DNA of 64,000 nucleotides, from positions 967,168 through 1,031,167 of the forward strand of contig MU053482.1 in the NCBI GenBank assembly GCA_013239625.1. Direction: 5' to 3'. Each line of letters begins with the position of its first letter. Within the stretch, counting starts at the first letter, position 1. Below are positions 37,331-51,612 of the stretch, piece after piece. The notes beneath the pieces were generated by a model. The model worked only from the letters and a program-made list of their open reading frames with translations. It made no database searches and was not told the origin of the DNA. Both the position numbers and the translations under genes were made by a program. This DNA is from Lama guanicoe. Lineage: Eukaryota.

Positions 37331-38644
37331 ACACTGTTAATTCATTTTTTCTTACATTATGTCTTTTCTATTTCAAGAATTCTTAACAATTCTCACATAT
37401 TTCAGGACCATAGTACCAACTGTTATTTAAATTGAATTACCACTAGTCTCATTGATTGCTACCATTTCTCATATACTAAATTTTCAACATCTTGAGATCT
37501 TTATGCTAATGCAATTTTCATTTGGCTGGAGTACTTTTATAAGAATCTTTTTATTTTCAGAAAGGAAATATGGATGCAGTGCTTTCTAAGTGTGTGCATG
37601 TCTAAAAATTCCTTGCCATCACGAATGAACAAAATTTGGTTGGATACGATAATACAAAATTACCATCTCTTTGTCTTAAAAATCCACAGATATTTCTCCA
37701 TTGATACTGTATAGCCAGTATTTTATATGAAGTTATTGATGCCAATCTGATTATTTTTCTTTTTAAGTAACTACTCTTCACGTGGAAGCTTTTAGAACTT
37801 CATGTTTTGATTTCAGCATGTTACCAGGGTATGTAAAGTGTATGTAGATATTTTTTCAATAATCTTGGCCAGTATTTGGTTTTTCAACTGAGAGAATGTT
37901 TACTTCAGCTCAATTTATATTGCCATTTCTTCTTCATCAGCAATTTTCTCTCCTTTCAATCCTCTCATTGTTCATATTGGAGCACCTTGTTTTATCCTCC
38001 ATGAGTGTTCTTATAATTTCTATCTGTCTTTTTGCTCTCCATTGTGGGGTTATTATTTCAATAATTAAACTCTTTAGTGTTGGTAGCATACATTCATTGT
38101 TCATTGCTTCTACTAAATTTTTTATTTTGGCAAATATGATTTTTATATTGAAAAACACTTTGTTATCATCAAATTACTCTTTAGTATGACAGCCTGCTGT
38201 GTTTTATCAATATTATGTCCCTTAGAAGAAAATAGGATTTAGAATTCTTCAAAGTTTTCTCCTGTTTTCTTACATTAACTCTTTTTTTTTTAAATGTTGG
38301 CCAATTTTCCCTAGTTATTCAGTTTAATATTCTGTTTGGAAGTACTGATTTGTTTTATGTGCTTCTTGATTTCCCCCCTGAAGCGTTACATAGTTTCCAC
38401 CCCCATTCCCCACTGGAGTGAGTTCCTTCAAATCCTATATAATTCTGACATCTGTTGACCTAAAGAAGCAGTTACTTCCTAAAAGATCATAGATGAGATG
38501 TGGGCAGGCCTCCCCTTGCAAGGCAGATAGATGCATAGGTATTCACCTTAGGTGGGTCTCTTTTAATAGGTGACTGATGGTAATATGCCTCAGGTGATGT
38601 AAGTGACTGTAGAAATTCTATCCAATGGGCATGTTAATTCCTCG

Positions 38645-39093
38645 TGTTAAAAACAAAAGAGTAAATTTTAAGAACTGATTGGCTTTATCCATCAATTCAT
38701 GAATCGGACAGTATCCTAGCAACTAGGAGGGCATTCTGAGGGTTGTATGAAACGGAAGGTTTTTATAGGAAGAAGGGTAGGGCAAGGGAACCTATTAGCA
38801 AAAAAACAGAAAGGATTATTTTTAGGCAGGATGTCTTTTGCAGGGGGTGGGTGGGGAGGGAATTGCGAGGATTTTATCATGCACATTGCCTCTTCTCCCT
38901 CCGAGAGGATGGAGAGGGCCTCTGTGACAGATGACCTCATGGGTGCTGACCAGAAAATTCCAGATGGTTGATTAAAATTGCATTTTTGGTGAAGGTTGAG
39001 ATTGCACTTAGGCTAGGTACTAAACCTAGGCTTGGTATCACGTGTTTTGGCACAAGTGACACTGCTTTGGGCCTGTGGTTTTTCTCTTTAACA
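38645..39093 (-). mobile_element. Solo ERV1-type LTR
   Basis: tgttaaa...tttaaca inverted termini, minus-strand TATA (tttttatagg), 4-bp TSD ctcg/cttg. Confidence 0.8.
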
Positions 39094-39789
39094 CTTGGAA
39101 GTTTATAAAAGAGGGAGGTACCAGAAATATTACTGCCAAGCAGAACCCTTGGATCTAGACAGGCGGCTATGGGTAGTTTTAGCTCATAGCTTTGTCTATT
39201 TCCAGGAAAGCCGGGTGGCTACACTCAGGCAGCACGGGCTGTAGAAAGCCAAGAGAACTGCCACCCGGCCGGCTTCTACTTGCATGTAGTGACTAATGGT
39301 GGACAGTGGGCACCTTTAATCCATCCTCTTGTGAACATCTTTTTATGAACCTGAAATTGCTAGTATGTTGATTTGGTCTCTCTCTGTTTTCCAATGATAA
39401 TAGTTTGGCGGTGTTTTCACTTCATTTGTTGCATTGGGTCAGTAGCAAATTGAACTTTGGTTCCTGTCTTCTCAGAGCTGTAATATCCTTTATACTTTTT
39501 CCTAACTTCAATTTTGAAGTGATGGTGGTACATTTCTGTATCTCTAGGAATTGACCATGGTCTTCATTTATCTCTACCCCTCCAATCATATATGCCATGG
39601 AATGCCCAGGTAAAACTTCCCAGCTGGCCCTCACCCCTGTAGTTCTTTTCGTTGGACAGTGTGGTCAGATGAGAAATGCTACGAAAACCTAACTCATTTC
39701 TGAGTAAGTTTCCATATGTAAGAAAAGATGTTCCAGCTGGATCAGCAGAAGCAAGATGTGGTGGTATGAGAAACGTGATAGATGCTGGA

Positions 39790-40830
39790 AATTACAAAAG
39801 GCCTGGCATGTCTGTAGTGGAGTGTGGAAGAGATAAGGCCAGGGAGCTGGGTAAGGGCCAGATCATGAGGTTTTCTTAAATGCCATGACAAAGAGTTTGA
39901 ACATTATCCAGAAGGCAATTGGAAGTTGAAAGCTTTTAAGGAAGGGAGCAATATGATTAGATGTGTGTTTTAAGCAGCTCATTCTGGTGGCAGTGTGGGA
40001 AATGAATTGGATGAGGGGAGAATGGAGTGAGGAAACCCATTAAGAAGCTATTTAGTAGGTTTAGGTGAGAATTTATGAGGCTTCTACTATGGCCAGTAGC
40101 AATGTGGAGAGTAGTGGAGAGATTCAAAAGCTGCTTAGCAAACAGAATAAACAGACTTGGTGTTTGATTAGACGTGGGCTGAGAAGAGAAGCCAGAGCCT
40201 AGAATGGCTTGGTGATGGGCGTGAGTCATGATACCATTACTTGAGGCAGGGAATATAGAAGAATTGGGTTCAGGGAAAAAGAGGACATACTGTGTATAAC
40301 TTGCCTCAGATATTTGAATTTAAATGTCCAGACAGGTCCAGTATGTACACTCACACATCACACAGAATTGTTCACTAAGGATATATGAGCCATATGTAAA
40401 GATATGGACATCAACAGCATATGGTTGGAGGGGAGAGTACAGCTCAGTAGTAGAGTGTGTGCTTAGCATGCACAACGTCCTGGGTTCCGTCCCCAGTACT
40501 TCTGTTATAAACAAACAAACAAGCCTACCCCCCCCCAAAACACCCAGTATATGGTTGATGTGTAAAGAAAGAATAATACTGGCAAATACAATTTGGGGGT
40601 TATTACTATAGTCTAGATACTATTCTGGTGCTTTAGGAATAGACAGAAGAGAGGAATCTAGAATCTCAGAGATAAGATTAGGTAAATAGAGTATGAAGAG
40701 AATGTGAGGTCCAAAAACTGTAGGGGAAGGAGAGAAGGGAGTTTCAAAGTATAACACAAAGGCATATTCTAGAGATGTCAAGTTGAGGACAAAGGTGTCC
40801 TTTGACTTTGCCCATTAGAAGTTACTGAGA
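39790..40830 (-). mobile_element. L2 fragments interrupted by a SINE
   Basis: gggccagatcatgagg, gagtttgaacattatcc and attagatgtgtgttttaagcagctcattctgg motifs. Confidence 0.72.
40428..40544 (+). mobile_element. Camelid SINE (Vic-1-like)
   Basis: tRNA-like head. TSD cagcatatggttg (40415-40427) / cagtatatggttg (40545-40557). Confidence 0.92.
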
Positions 40831-41199
40831 TTCTAATTAAAGGGATGGGTAGACAAAGGGTATGGAAGCTACTTTCCTTAGAGTTGCATTGACTTTGATT
40901 AGTCACCTTTCAAACAGGTTTTGGAGACAGTCCCTGAGATTGGAGGAAGTCTCTGAGAAGAAAAAGTATAGCTGTGGTTGCTTATTGTTGGAAGTGAATA
41001 GAGCCTGATTCCTGGAGAGGAGAGAAGGGATGAAACAAATCCTGCTGCCCACCCCCTACCCTAGAGCAGGTTTAGGCAGATGAACTAAGTCACCTCAGTG
41101 TTGTGAGATGTCCACCAGACCTGTGCATCAGAAAGGATGGACAAGGCTGAGGGACCTGAATAGGCTTGAGTAGGGTGACTTGGAGGGAGGAAGGTGGAT

Positions 41200-41601
41200 G
41201 CACTAGATGCTAAAGCCTGTTTTCTGAGACCCTCTTCCAGTTGTCAGGAAGGTTGACTGCTGTCTGCTCATGGCCAAGTCCCTCTGCAGAAATTGTCCTT
41301 TTCGAAGTTTATGCTCCTTCCCCAGGGAAGCCAGCATTCAGTGGCTGATTGATGCAAAGATATCAGAATCCAGTCCCCTTGCCCCAGTTCAGGACATCTC
41401 TGAAGGGCTATCCCAGCTTCAGAGCTCTGATGATATTGGCTGTAACCTCAGTGCAGCCACATACCACTTCAACCTCCTTCTTAGCAAAGTCCAGTTTCTG
41501 TTACTTGTTTCTAGGTATTGTTCTCAAGAACAGTCTTTAATAAACCTGCTACATCAAATCTTGGTGGCAGAGTCTGTTTCTGGGGAACCTAACTTAAGAG
41601 A
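41200..41601 (+). mobile_element. ERVL LTR, LTR16-like
   Basis: ccccttgccccagttcaggacatctctgaagggctatcccagcttcagagct and 3' end aataaacctg...gagtctgtttctggggaacctaacttaagaga. Confidence 0.75.
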
Positions 41602-42365
41602 GTGAGTATATATGTTTTAATCAGCTTTATGTCTCCCAGATTTGGATCTAACTAGCAGGAACAGGGTTTTGGTTTCATCATTTGGCGGACTGATCGAAAC
41701 ACTCAACAATGAGAAGTTAACATGACATAATTCTACAACAGTAGTTCTCAACTGGGAGCAGAAGTTAGAGATAAGGACAGCATATCCTGTGCCTGTCTGT
41801 GACCTTGATACCTTTCTTCCCAAAATTCTGACAGCCCACGCTGACCCCAGCACCTCCTTGAGAAGCACTGTACCATGTAATACCATGTAACTGTCTGTGT
41901 ATTGGGTGGATTTGTTCCTGTAGGGTCACTGAAGTTGGAAAACCTATCTGTGAGACAAGGAAGTTACTAGAGGAGAGGGGAAGGTCAGAGGAGAGCTGTT
42001 TTAGTTTTGCTTTTTTAAGGGAGGTACTTTAGTATGTTTCCATTCTGGGTGGAAAAGACCAGTTGAGAGAGAGAAAAGTGAATACAGGAGAAAGAAGAAA
42101 TAATTAACAGAAGGACCACTTTGCCTGAAAAGACCCTATACCAACCAAGACCTGTAGGATTTTCTGCAGTAGTCTCATCTCCACACTCATAATGCTGAAC
42201 TCTTTTTCCACATCTTTAAAATTATTAGCGTTCCCATTGTCAAACCCCTAAACGCATACATAGGATTGGAGGTTGGTGTTATTTGATAGAGACTGCCTAT
42301 GTTGTTGTTATTCTTTTTTTAAATAACAAAAAGAAAAATAGCCTTAGGTATTGCTGTTTTATGGA

Positions 42366-42660
42366 TTTTTAAATTGAGGTATAATTAATGTGTAACATAT
42401 TCATTTCAGTTGTACAACATAATGATTCAATGTTTATATGCAATGCAAAGTGATCACCACAATAAGTCTAGTTAATATCTGTCACTACACATAGTTACAA
42501 AAATTTTTTCTTGTGATAGGGACTTTTAAGAGCTGCTCTCTTACCAATTTTCAAATATGCAGTATTATTAACTATGCTGTACATTACATCCCCATGACTT
42601 TTTTATTTTATAACTGGAATTTTGTACCCTTTGATCCCTTCACCCATTTGACCCACTCAT
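42366..42660 (-). mobile_element. L1 3' end (L1MA-like)
   Basis: aattgaggtataattaatgtgtaacat...ttcagttgtacaacataatgattc. Confidence 0.8.
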
Positions 42661-44943
42661 TGTTTTTCTGACCCATTTCTAGATGACCTAGTCACCCTGG
42701 CTCTCAACTGGTGGAGGTCATCATGAGACCAGCAGTTTCAATCTCTTTGGGAGATCTATTTATGACTGTCTTGCTTACAGCTCTTGGGGTGGCCTGGGTA
42801 GTTTTGCAGTGGCTGTCCTTACCCTTGAATCAAAACCCAAAGGTTAGTAAGTCCCTTCATATCTAACAGCTGTTATAAGCTGTAATTATGATGAAACAGA
42901 ACTGGGAGTCCTGGTAAATGTTCTTACTACAGAAGGAAGTGTGTGTTCAGGAGTGGGCATGCAATAAGGCCTCAGTGCAATTAGAAATCACTCCTGGATG
43001 TTGACACCTCCCTCTGAGTTTCAGTGGGAGAATAAATTGGATGAGAATAAAGGGATAGGAGATGTAAAAGGAGGGAAAAAAATTTTAAAGATATCTGACA
43101 AATCAGAGCTTGAAGGCTGATTTTTTTTTTAACTGCTTTGGGGGCTGAAAGTGAATTTCCCTGATAAGAAATGATTGCCTTATAGGATCGGCTTGGAGGC
43201 TATTAGCAAGTTATGACCTGAGTGCAACCCTCCCCACAGGTCACAAAGATGACTATAGGCAGGAACTGATCATTAGAAAAATGATTAAAGCTATTATTAA
43301 CCCATTACTCAATTACTTATTAATTACTTTAAAATGTGGCTAGAAATGAGGCAATTAGGAGTTCACAATTTTAATTGGTATTTGAAATCACAGAGGGTGA
43401 ACTGATGAGCGCCAGCTGCTGTGACATTTTGCTTGGTGATGAGCTACCGAGGAAGAGGCTGTAGAGGGATGCTCTGTAATCTCTCTTTTCACAGCATGGC
43501 CGTACTCAAGGAGGGCAGATGTTCCCCCTGGGAGAATAAAAGAGCACTCATGCTTCCATTTGACTTGAGAGCCATGAAGTCAGGATCAGGCCAAAGCATG
43601 AGCCCTGGTAGAAAGTATGAGGAAAGCCTTGGTCCTTCCCATCGTGAATACTGGATCTAAAGCTGCAGCCAGGAAGCACGGGATGATCATGGTTATGACT
43701 GAGTTGAAAACTAAACTTCTGGGACAAGTGGATTCTGAGCCAGCCAGGCACAGTGTCCATACCAATGATCCAGCCTTTTCAGTCCTCCTGCTGGTTGAGA
43801 GTAGGTGGGCTAACCACTGAAGACACTTTCCATTCCTCATTCACATCTTCAGAGGCATTTTGGTCTTTTGATCATGTGTGGAAAGGGCCTTAAGATCTCT
43901 GTCCTAAAAGACTGTGCCATTGTCAAAACTTTTAGCAATCTGGAAAAACACAGAATAATGACAAATACCAATTCTCCCACAACTCAGAATTAATGATGGT
44001 TAATTGCTTATAGACATAGATAATCTATATATGGTTCAAAAATTTTATTCACTGTAGAGTATTTCACAACATGATTATAAACATAAGTTTTATTTGTCTA
44101 TTCCCTTTATAATAGACGTTTATGTTGTCAGCTTTATAGTATCACAAACAATGGACTACACTTTCATATGTTCTGTGGTACATACATGTGAGAATATTTT
44201 CCAGTTTGTGCTACTGGAAGTGGACTGCTGGATCATAAAGTTTGCATAGTTTTAATTTTTCTAGCTGCTAACAATTGTTTTCTGAAATTGTTTATGCCAA
44301 TTTACATTTTTACCAGTGATGTATGAGAATTCCATTTTCCCAACATTTTTGCAAATAATTGATATTGTCAGACTGGTTAGTGTCTGCCTATTTGATAAGA
44401 GAAAATGACATTATGTTGTTGCTTTACTTTGCATTTTGCAGAATCCAAATGAGGTTGAACATCTTTTTGCCTGTTTATTGCCAATTCAGAGTTCTTCTTC
44501 TGTGGTTATAACCTGTGAGGATTTTTCTGTCTTTCTCTTCTTGATTTGTAGGAGTTCTTTATGTATTCTGCATAGGAACCCTTTGTTTGGGTGGTGGTTG
44601 TCGAATATAGACTTTGATCCAATCTGCCTCTTTGAATTCTGGTTTGTCACTCACCCAGTAAATTACCCATTTACTCTGTGCTTCAGTTTTCTTATCTGTA
44701 AACTAGAGATGATGATAGTTTCTTATTCATGGTGTTGTCATGAAGATTTATTGGATTAATACCTATAAAAGGGATTTAGAATAGTGCTTGATAACTTGTC
44801 AGAATGTGGAGGAGTGAAAACAATGAGAAAAACAGAGAAAGCTAACATTCTTTCCAATTGCTTTGCAGCAGCAGAAGCAAGACAACCTTTAGGTCAATCA
44901 GTTATCCTAGTAAACACTTTATGGTATTCTTGTTGGGTTCCTT

Positions 44944-45073
44944 TTTTTTAACATTTTTTTATTGAGTTACAGTCATTTTACAATGTTGTGTCAAATTCCA
45001 GTGTACAGCACAATTTTTCAGTTAACACATGAACATACATATATTCATTGTCACATTTTTTTTCGCTATGAGC
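44944..45073 (-). mobile_element. Young lineage-specific L1 3' end (130 bp)
   Basis: Same family as 13247. 17-bp TSD ttcttgttgggttcctt (44927-44943) / ttcttgctgggttcctt (45074-45090). Confidence 0.92.
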
Positions 45074-46231
45074 TTCTTGCTGGGTTCCTTAACTTGTCAG
45101 GTGCCCCTTCTTTGCCTATGCCTATTTTGTGTACCATTCAAACTTCTGTACATCTTTGCGAAGTTAACATAAACACTATCTGTTTAAGAGAATTTATGAG
45201 CTGATCTCTTCTTTGGCTCCCAAAGCTTCTTGAACAAACCTTGGACATAACCCTTAGCTCCCAGCATTGTAATATTCTCTACACTGTTCAACCCTGTTAG
45301 GGAGATAAGGGTAAAGACTGCCTCATTCATCTCAGTATCCCCAGTGGCTAAGATCGTTACTGCCACTTAGAAGGCATTCAATAAATGATGAATGACTGCC
45401 TGACAAAAGCTGTTCTCAACTGGAGGAAAAAATATACTTTAAAATTCTTGCCCAGCAAATCAGTAATTAAGGGCAGTAGCATTAGTGAAGGTTAATTTTG
45501 GAATCACTTAGTATACTTTCCATAAATTCTGAAGTTTTGTTTAGGAAAGCTAATATACATAATCCGCATTGAGCATTGATGTACTAGTGTATCATGTACA
45601 CACACTATATTGTAGAAATAACAGCAAAATCTTAGGGGGAAATGTGGCTTACTGTAGCTCTTCCAAGAGCTCATCTTAGAGCTTATTTAAAGGAAACAAT
45701 TCATTCCTTTAGGGACCTCAGCACAGAACTCTGCTAAACTGAGCTCCCGGGCTGATAACACATCAGAGAGAAAGGAAGGTGTCATTTGGCAATTTGGCTG
45801 CTGCTGATGACACAGTCATCTTTCAGAAAAAAAGTTAGCTCCAAGGGTGGGCTGCCTAAGAGAGCAAAAGGATAGGAAGTTAAGAGAATTGGTTGCTAGG
45901 TTTTCTTTGCAGGAAAGCAAGCTTTTTTTTTTTTTTTTTTTTAGAGTATGAGAAGACTGCAACCTATTTATTCTGACTGAGATAATGCTAGAAAAGGAAA
46001 GGCTGAAAACCAGAAATACAAGTCTTGAGAGGCACAGGAACTGCAAGGTCGTTGCAGGAATCATTCCTATTTTGTTCATCCTTTGTATTCTGGGGACCTG
46101 ACACAGTGTCTGACACTAACTAGTAAGACACTTGGTAAATATTTGTTTAGTGAATATATGAATCCATGTCTCCTCAATTTTAGAATTATCCCTTTATCCT
46201 TTGTTTCAAAATTAAATTATAAAAATATAAT

Positions 46232-46553
46232 ATTGGATGAAGGTAGCCAAAGGGGAAAACTCCCAGTTGTGATGTAAGTGAGTACTAGGGATGTAATGTA
46301 CAACATGGTAAGTATAATTAATAGTGCTGGATGATATATATGAATATTGTCAAGAGAGTAAATCCTGAGAATTCTCTTCACAAGGAAAAAATGTTTTTTC
46401 TTTTTCTTTTCTTTTGTGTCTATATGAGATGACCAGTAGTCACTACACTTATGATAATCATTTTGTGATACATATAAGTCAAGTTATTATGCTGCACACA
46501 AATTTATTCAGTGCTGTATATCAATTGTATCTCAGATAACCGGAAGGAAAAAA
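46232..46553 (+). mobile_element. L1 3' end (L1MA9-like)
   Basis: tactagggatgtaatgtacaacatg...tcaattgtatctcagataaccggaaggaaaaaa. Confidence 0.8.
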
Positions 46554-47009
46554 TATATAAAATTCTCAGTATTTAAAAAATTATAAAAAATGAAGATAAT
46601 AAAAGAAAACACATTCATAACCCACCCATAAAGATAAGATTAGATTTTGATTATTTTCCTGTGGTTATTTTTACATATGCACAAATTTATGATTATGGTA
46701 TGTAAGCAGCTTTTCATTCTAATTTTTCATTTTCATTGTGAATATTTTTCAATATTAATAATTCCTTTGAGAATATGATTTATAATTGCTGAAAAAATAT
46801 ACTATTATTGATCTATTTAATGATTCTCTGTTGTTAGATAATCAAACTGTTTTTAAATTGCTTCTATTTTAAAAATATATGTTCCAATTATTGAGGTTAC
46901 TTAGTCAAAGGACATTAATATTTAACTATTTTGGTATAATTTTCTGAAATTATTTTCTGAATAGGATTATACCTAATGCTACTACAACCCCGTAATATTG
47001 AGTGTAATG

Positions 47010-47080
47010 TTTTTTATTTTTTAATTTTTAAAAATTTTTAATTAAAATTTGTTTTTATTTTTATTTTGGGGGAGAGGTAA

Positions 47081-47111
<31 letters not shown>

Positions 47112-47190
47112 TAAATGGAGGCAGTAAAGATTGAACCCAGGACCTCATGCATGCTAAGCACTCACTCTACCACTGAGCTATACCCTCCCC
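47010..47190 (-). mobile_element. Camelid SINE (Vic-1-like), long form with internal (GATT)n expansion
   Basis: tRNA-like head at 47115-47190. (GATT)n at ~47083-47111 replaces the usual (TATT)n. Confidence 0.9.
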
Positions 47191-48271
47191 ACTCTGAATA
47201 TTACAGGTTTTTTTTTAAATGTTTTTAAAATTTAGAGTCAGGAGAACTTCCTTTCCATGGTATTTGAACCCATGCTTCTTTCATAGCTAAAAAGATCAAG
47301 CTTTTTTTCGTATTTTTTGGCTTCTTACACTTCCTTGGTTAATTATCTGTCCATGTCCTTTATCTATTATTATCTATTGAGGTAACAGTATATTTTTTCT
47401 TGATTTAAAAGTAATTTAAAAATATATTTTAATAAGACTAAGTCTTTGCCTACAGATAATTTCCCAGGTTGTCAAATTTCTTTTAATTTTATTTTATGGT
47501 AACTTATGAGAAACAAATTTTAGATTTTTAAGTAATTAAATCCACTATTTTTTTGGTTTTTTTACTTTGTGATTTCTTCTATGTCTTTCATTCTTAGAAA
47601 AAGTTTCCCCTTCCTGGGATTTACAAAATGCTCATTTATAGTTTATTCTAGCTTAGTTTAGTTCACTTTGGTTTAGTTTTATTTTGTCTTAATTTTAAGC
47701 ACATCAGTAAGTCATTTAATCTAGCTTAATTTTTCCCCCAAGACCTAACCAATTGTTCCAGCATCATTTATTGAATACTCACTCTTCCTTTTATATACTG
47801 ATTTATGATGGAAATTTAGCTATATATTAAATTCTTACATATAAAAGTATTGGTTTCTGAAATGTTTATATTGCTCCATTGATCAAATTGTTGATTCTTG
47901 CCCTAGATCCACAGCATCTTGATAACTGAAGGTTTACTGTAGGCTTTATTATCTTGTAAGACAAATCTCTCTTTATTATTCTTTCCATCACATTTTGTTT
48001 TATCTTTTTGGAACATTTTTTTTTACTATTCAGAACTATATATATATTTTTAAAAATGAACTGTATTATCACTTTGTCAAGTAAAAATTAGAAATCACAT
48101 TAAACCTTTAAATTATTTGAGAAGAATTAAATAATTACATTTATAAAATTCAGTATTCTCATTCAGGAGCATGGTATATCGCTCCATTTATTCTATTATA
48201 TCTCTCCATATATTTTCTAATTCTCATATAGATAACACACAGTTCTCTAAATTGTTTTTCACTGATTTGTG

Positions 48272-48455
48272 TTTTTTTAACAGTTTTTATTGATTTATAA
48301 TCATTTTACAATGTTGTTTCAAATTCCAGTGTAGAGCACAATTTTTCAGTTATACATGAACATATATATATTCATTGTCACATTTTTTTCTCTGTGAGCT
48401 TCCATAAGATCTTGTATATATTTCCCTGTGCTATACAGTATAATCTTGTTTATTC
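48272..48455 (-). mobile_element. Young lineage-specific L1 3' end
   Basis: Highly similar to the copies at 44944 and 13247 (cattttacaatgttg...caaattccagtgt...acaatttttcag). Confidence 0.9.
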
Positions 48456-51032
48456 TATGATTCTGAATTATTTATCAATTTGCCTAATTATTTTTGATGA
48501 CACAGAATAAAATAATTTCACCATCATAATTTTGACTCGATTATTGCTGGTGATAAGCAGCAACTATTCTCATTTTATGTTTATGTTTGCATCTGGACAT
48601 TTTCCTAACTTCTCTAGTTAGTTTGAATGATTTTTGTTAAAATTTCTGAGGTCTTCTAGATCAGCAAATCAAGAATTTGTAAAATATTTTTCTCCTTACT
48701 TTAGTAGCTATAGCTTATTTCTCTTTAATTTTATAATTATTTTGCAAATTTACTAGGTAATATTAAATAATAATGAAGACATTAAGGATAATTTTTTTGT
48801 CCCTGAATTAAAAGTATATATTTCTGGTGTTTCAGTCTTCAGAACATTTTGTTACTCATTTAATGTTAGGGAAATTTCCTCCCTTGCTTATTTTCTAAGA
48901 CTTTTCTGAAGAATAGAAGTTAAATTTTGTGGGATGATTTTATAGCATCTGCAGGAGTGATTATGTTGCTTTTCTCCTCTGACCTTTTACTGATGGACAG
49001 TATATTCACTATAAAAAGTGAATCTTACATTCTAAAAATAAAATTTGCATACTATTCTGGGAACATTATTTTTTTAATATACAACTATATTATTTTCATT
49101 GGTTTATTTAAAGTTTTTACTTCTATCTCTGAAATGTCATTGTGGGAATAGTAACCTGGTCCCACCTTTCCCATACTCTGGATGCCTCTTACCAGGAATC
49201 CCTTCTTTTTTTTTTTTTTTATGGACCCAGCTTGCATATTATGTAATGAAAATGAAAGTTCTGTAAGAGCAGATGTCTTTGTTTTATTTGCTGATGATGC
49301 ATTTAACATCTTAGCAATATGCCTGATCCACAATTGGTATTCAATAATTTTTTGTTGAATGGATTAATGAATTATTTTACTGATGTTTGTATTCTTCTTC
49401 AATCATTTTATACTTGAATTTCAAATTCTTTGATTCTTTATTTTGAGTCTTTACCTGAGCAGCTGGAATATAACATAGAAATACGTATATCATGCACACA
49501 CGTATTTTTTCCATATGAACATGAACGTGGTGTACTTGCTGAGCCTTTGAATATCTGAGGATATCTTTCTGTTACCATCAGGAATGGAAAAACATTTGGA
49601 GACAAAATTCTTCTGTACTTTTTTCCCACCAAAACTATAATGTATTGTTTCATTATTTGCTGGTACTTAGCATTGCTGAGGAGTATTATGAAGCTGGTAT
49701 GTGTTTCTTTGTCTACAACTTTTTTTTCTTTAATGCCAGGATGCTTTACTTCTAAATTTTAAATACAATGAAAAAATAATACATTTGATTTCTTTTAAAC
49801 ATGCATACTTATGTACTATATAAAGTAAAAATCTCTCTTACTACTTAGTCCTTCCATTCCCCCTCCCACAGAACTCCTTTAAAATAATCTCACTTCTCAG
49901 ATGTCTCAGATGTAACTACTCTAACAGTTGGTTGTGTTTTTCTTCCAGGCTTGTTTTATGTATTTATATAAATATAGATTTTCTTCTTTCTGAAATGAGG
50001 TTACACTCTTGTCATAGGATGCCTGGAAGGGAACTTTTAAAATATTTTAGAATAGAGGCTGCCAAATGCTTCTTTGTCTAGATGGACACAGAAATTTACA
50101 TCGAAACAAATTTTCTTGACCTACTGCTTGAATGGCCCTTCCTGATTGTGTAAATATTAGATGAGTAAACATCTGTCTCCCAGAGGAAAAGGCACAGTAG
50201 GAACTTTTGTGTCTTTGCCAAAGCTACCTTTTCTCAATGACCCTAAACATGTAGATATATCTGGTCTTTGAGTAGGAAGTGGATAATTTTACATATGGGA
50301 CCCATGAAGCCCCCACACAAGACAGATGGAAGCTTCAGCCCCTTCTCATTCAAGTGTCAACATTACTAAAATCTCAGAGATGAATCAGGATGGTCCCACC
50401 TAGCACAAACATCACAAAGTAAACAAACGAAGAAGAAATTCTCAGTTTCAGGAAGATTAGGAAGAAAGAGGAGATGTATTTCAAAGCTAGAGAGGGAGAA
50501 GAGCCTCGGCAACATGTCAGGAGGTTAAGGTAGTACAGAGGTTCCTGGACAATGAGAAATCCCCAATGATGCAGAGTGGCCGATATATTTCCAGGAATAA
50601 TGATGTCTTCTATTAAGTTTGAGAGTGTTTTCTTTATGGACTATAATTACCTCCTATTGTCTCTACAACTTAAGTAGAAATCTGTTATATAAAATAACCT
50701 AGTGTTAGTGTTACTTTGTTGGTGTGAAAGAAGAGTGAAAGAGGCCACTGTAAGACCCCAAAGCAAAGAAAACCCCTCAGGAGCAGGCTGTGATGAGGAA
50801 GTAGGATTCAGGATGGGTTTATCTAGACATAAGGCCTCCCTGGAAATTAAGGGGCTATACCAGTGGCAGAGGTAAAAGTACCTTGTGCAGTATCAGGATG
50901 GCTGCTTGAATCATCTTATTTTGATATTATGAAAAGGGTAAAACTCAAAAGATGGAGAATTTGGAGAGTGATAGATTACAAATGCTTGAATATAATTAAT
51001 TCTCACAGTTGGAATGACCCTGTCCTACTGGG

Positions 51033-51612
51033 TATGATGAGCAGCCTCTAAGAGAGCCCCATTGACCCCCACCTCCTGATAGTCATGCCTTTGTGTAAAT
51101 CCCTCTCCTTGACTGTGGGCTAGATTTAGTGATTCACTTCTAGCAAATAAAACACAGCCAGAGTGATGGAATGCTGCATCCTAGATTAGGCTACAAAAGG
51201 ACTGTGGATTTCACCTTAACCTTCTGTCTTACTCACCCACTCTGAGGAAGGCAGGCTGCCATGCTGTGAGCTATCCAGTGGAGAGGTCCGCAAGGGAAGG
51301 AATTGAGGGAGGTCTCCAGCTAACAGCCAACAAGAAACTGAGGCTTTCAGTTCTACAGCCTGCAAGGAACTGAAGTATGAAAACAACCTCAAGAGTGAGC
51401 TTGGAAGAGCATTCTCCCCCAGTCAAGCCTTTGTATGAGAACACAGCCCCGATCTATAGCTTGACTACAATCACATGAGAAACCTTGAGCTAGAACGCAA
51501 CTAAGTCACACCTGGATTCCTGACCCACAGAGACTGTGAGACAAGAAATGTTTGTTGATTGAAGTTGCTGAGTTTTAGGGTAATTTGTTATGCAACAGCA
51601 GATAATTAATCA
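51033..51612 (+). mobile_element. MaLR solo LTR (MLT1E/F-like)
   Basis: ccacctcctgatagtcatgcctttgtgtaa...ttcctgacccacagagactgtgag...gtaatttgttatgcaacagcagataa. Confidence 0.88.

Noticed and set aside
50010..50720. Possible additional ancient LTR
   Set aside because: The composition is suggestive, but I could not find diagnostic termini, a TSD or a recalled consensus match.
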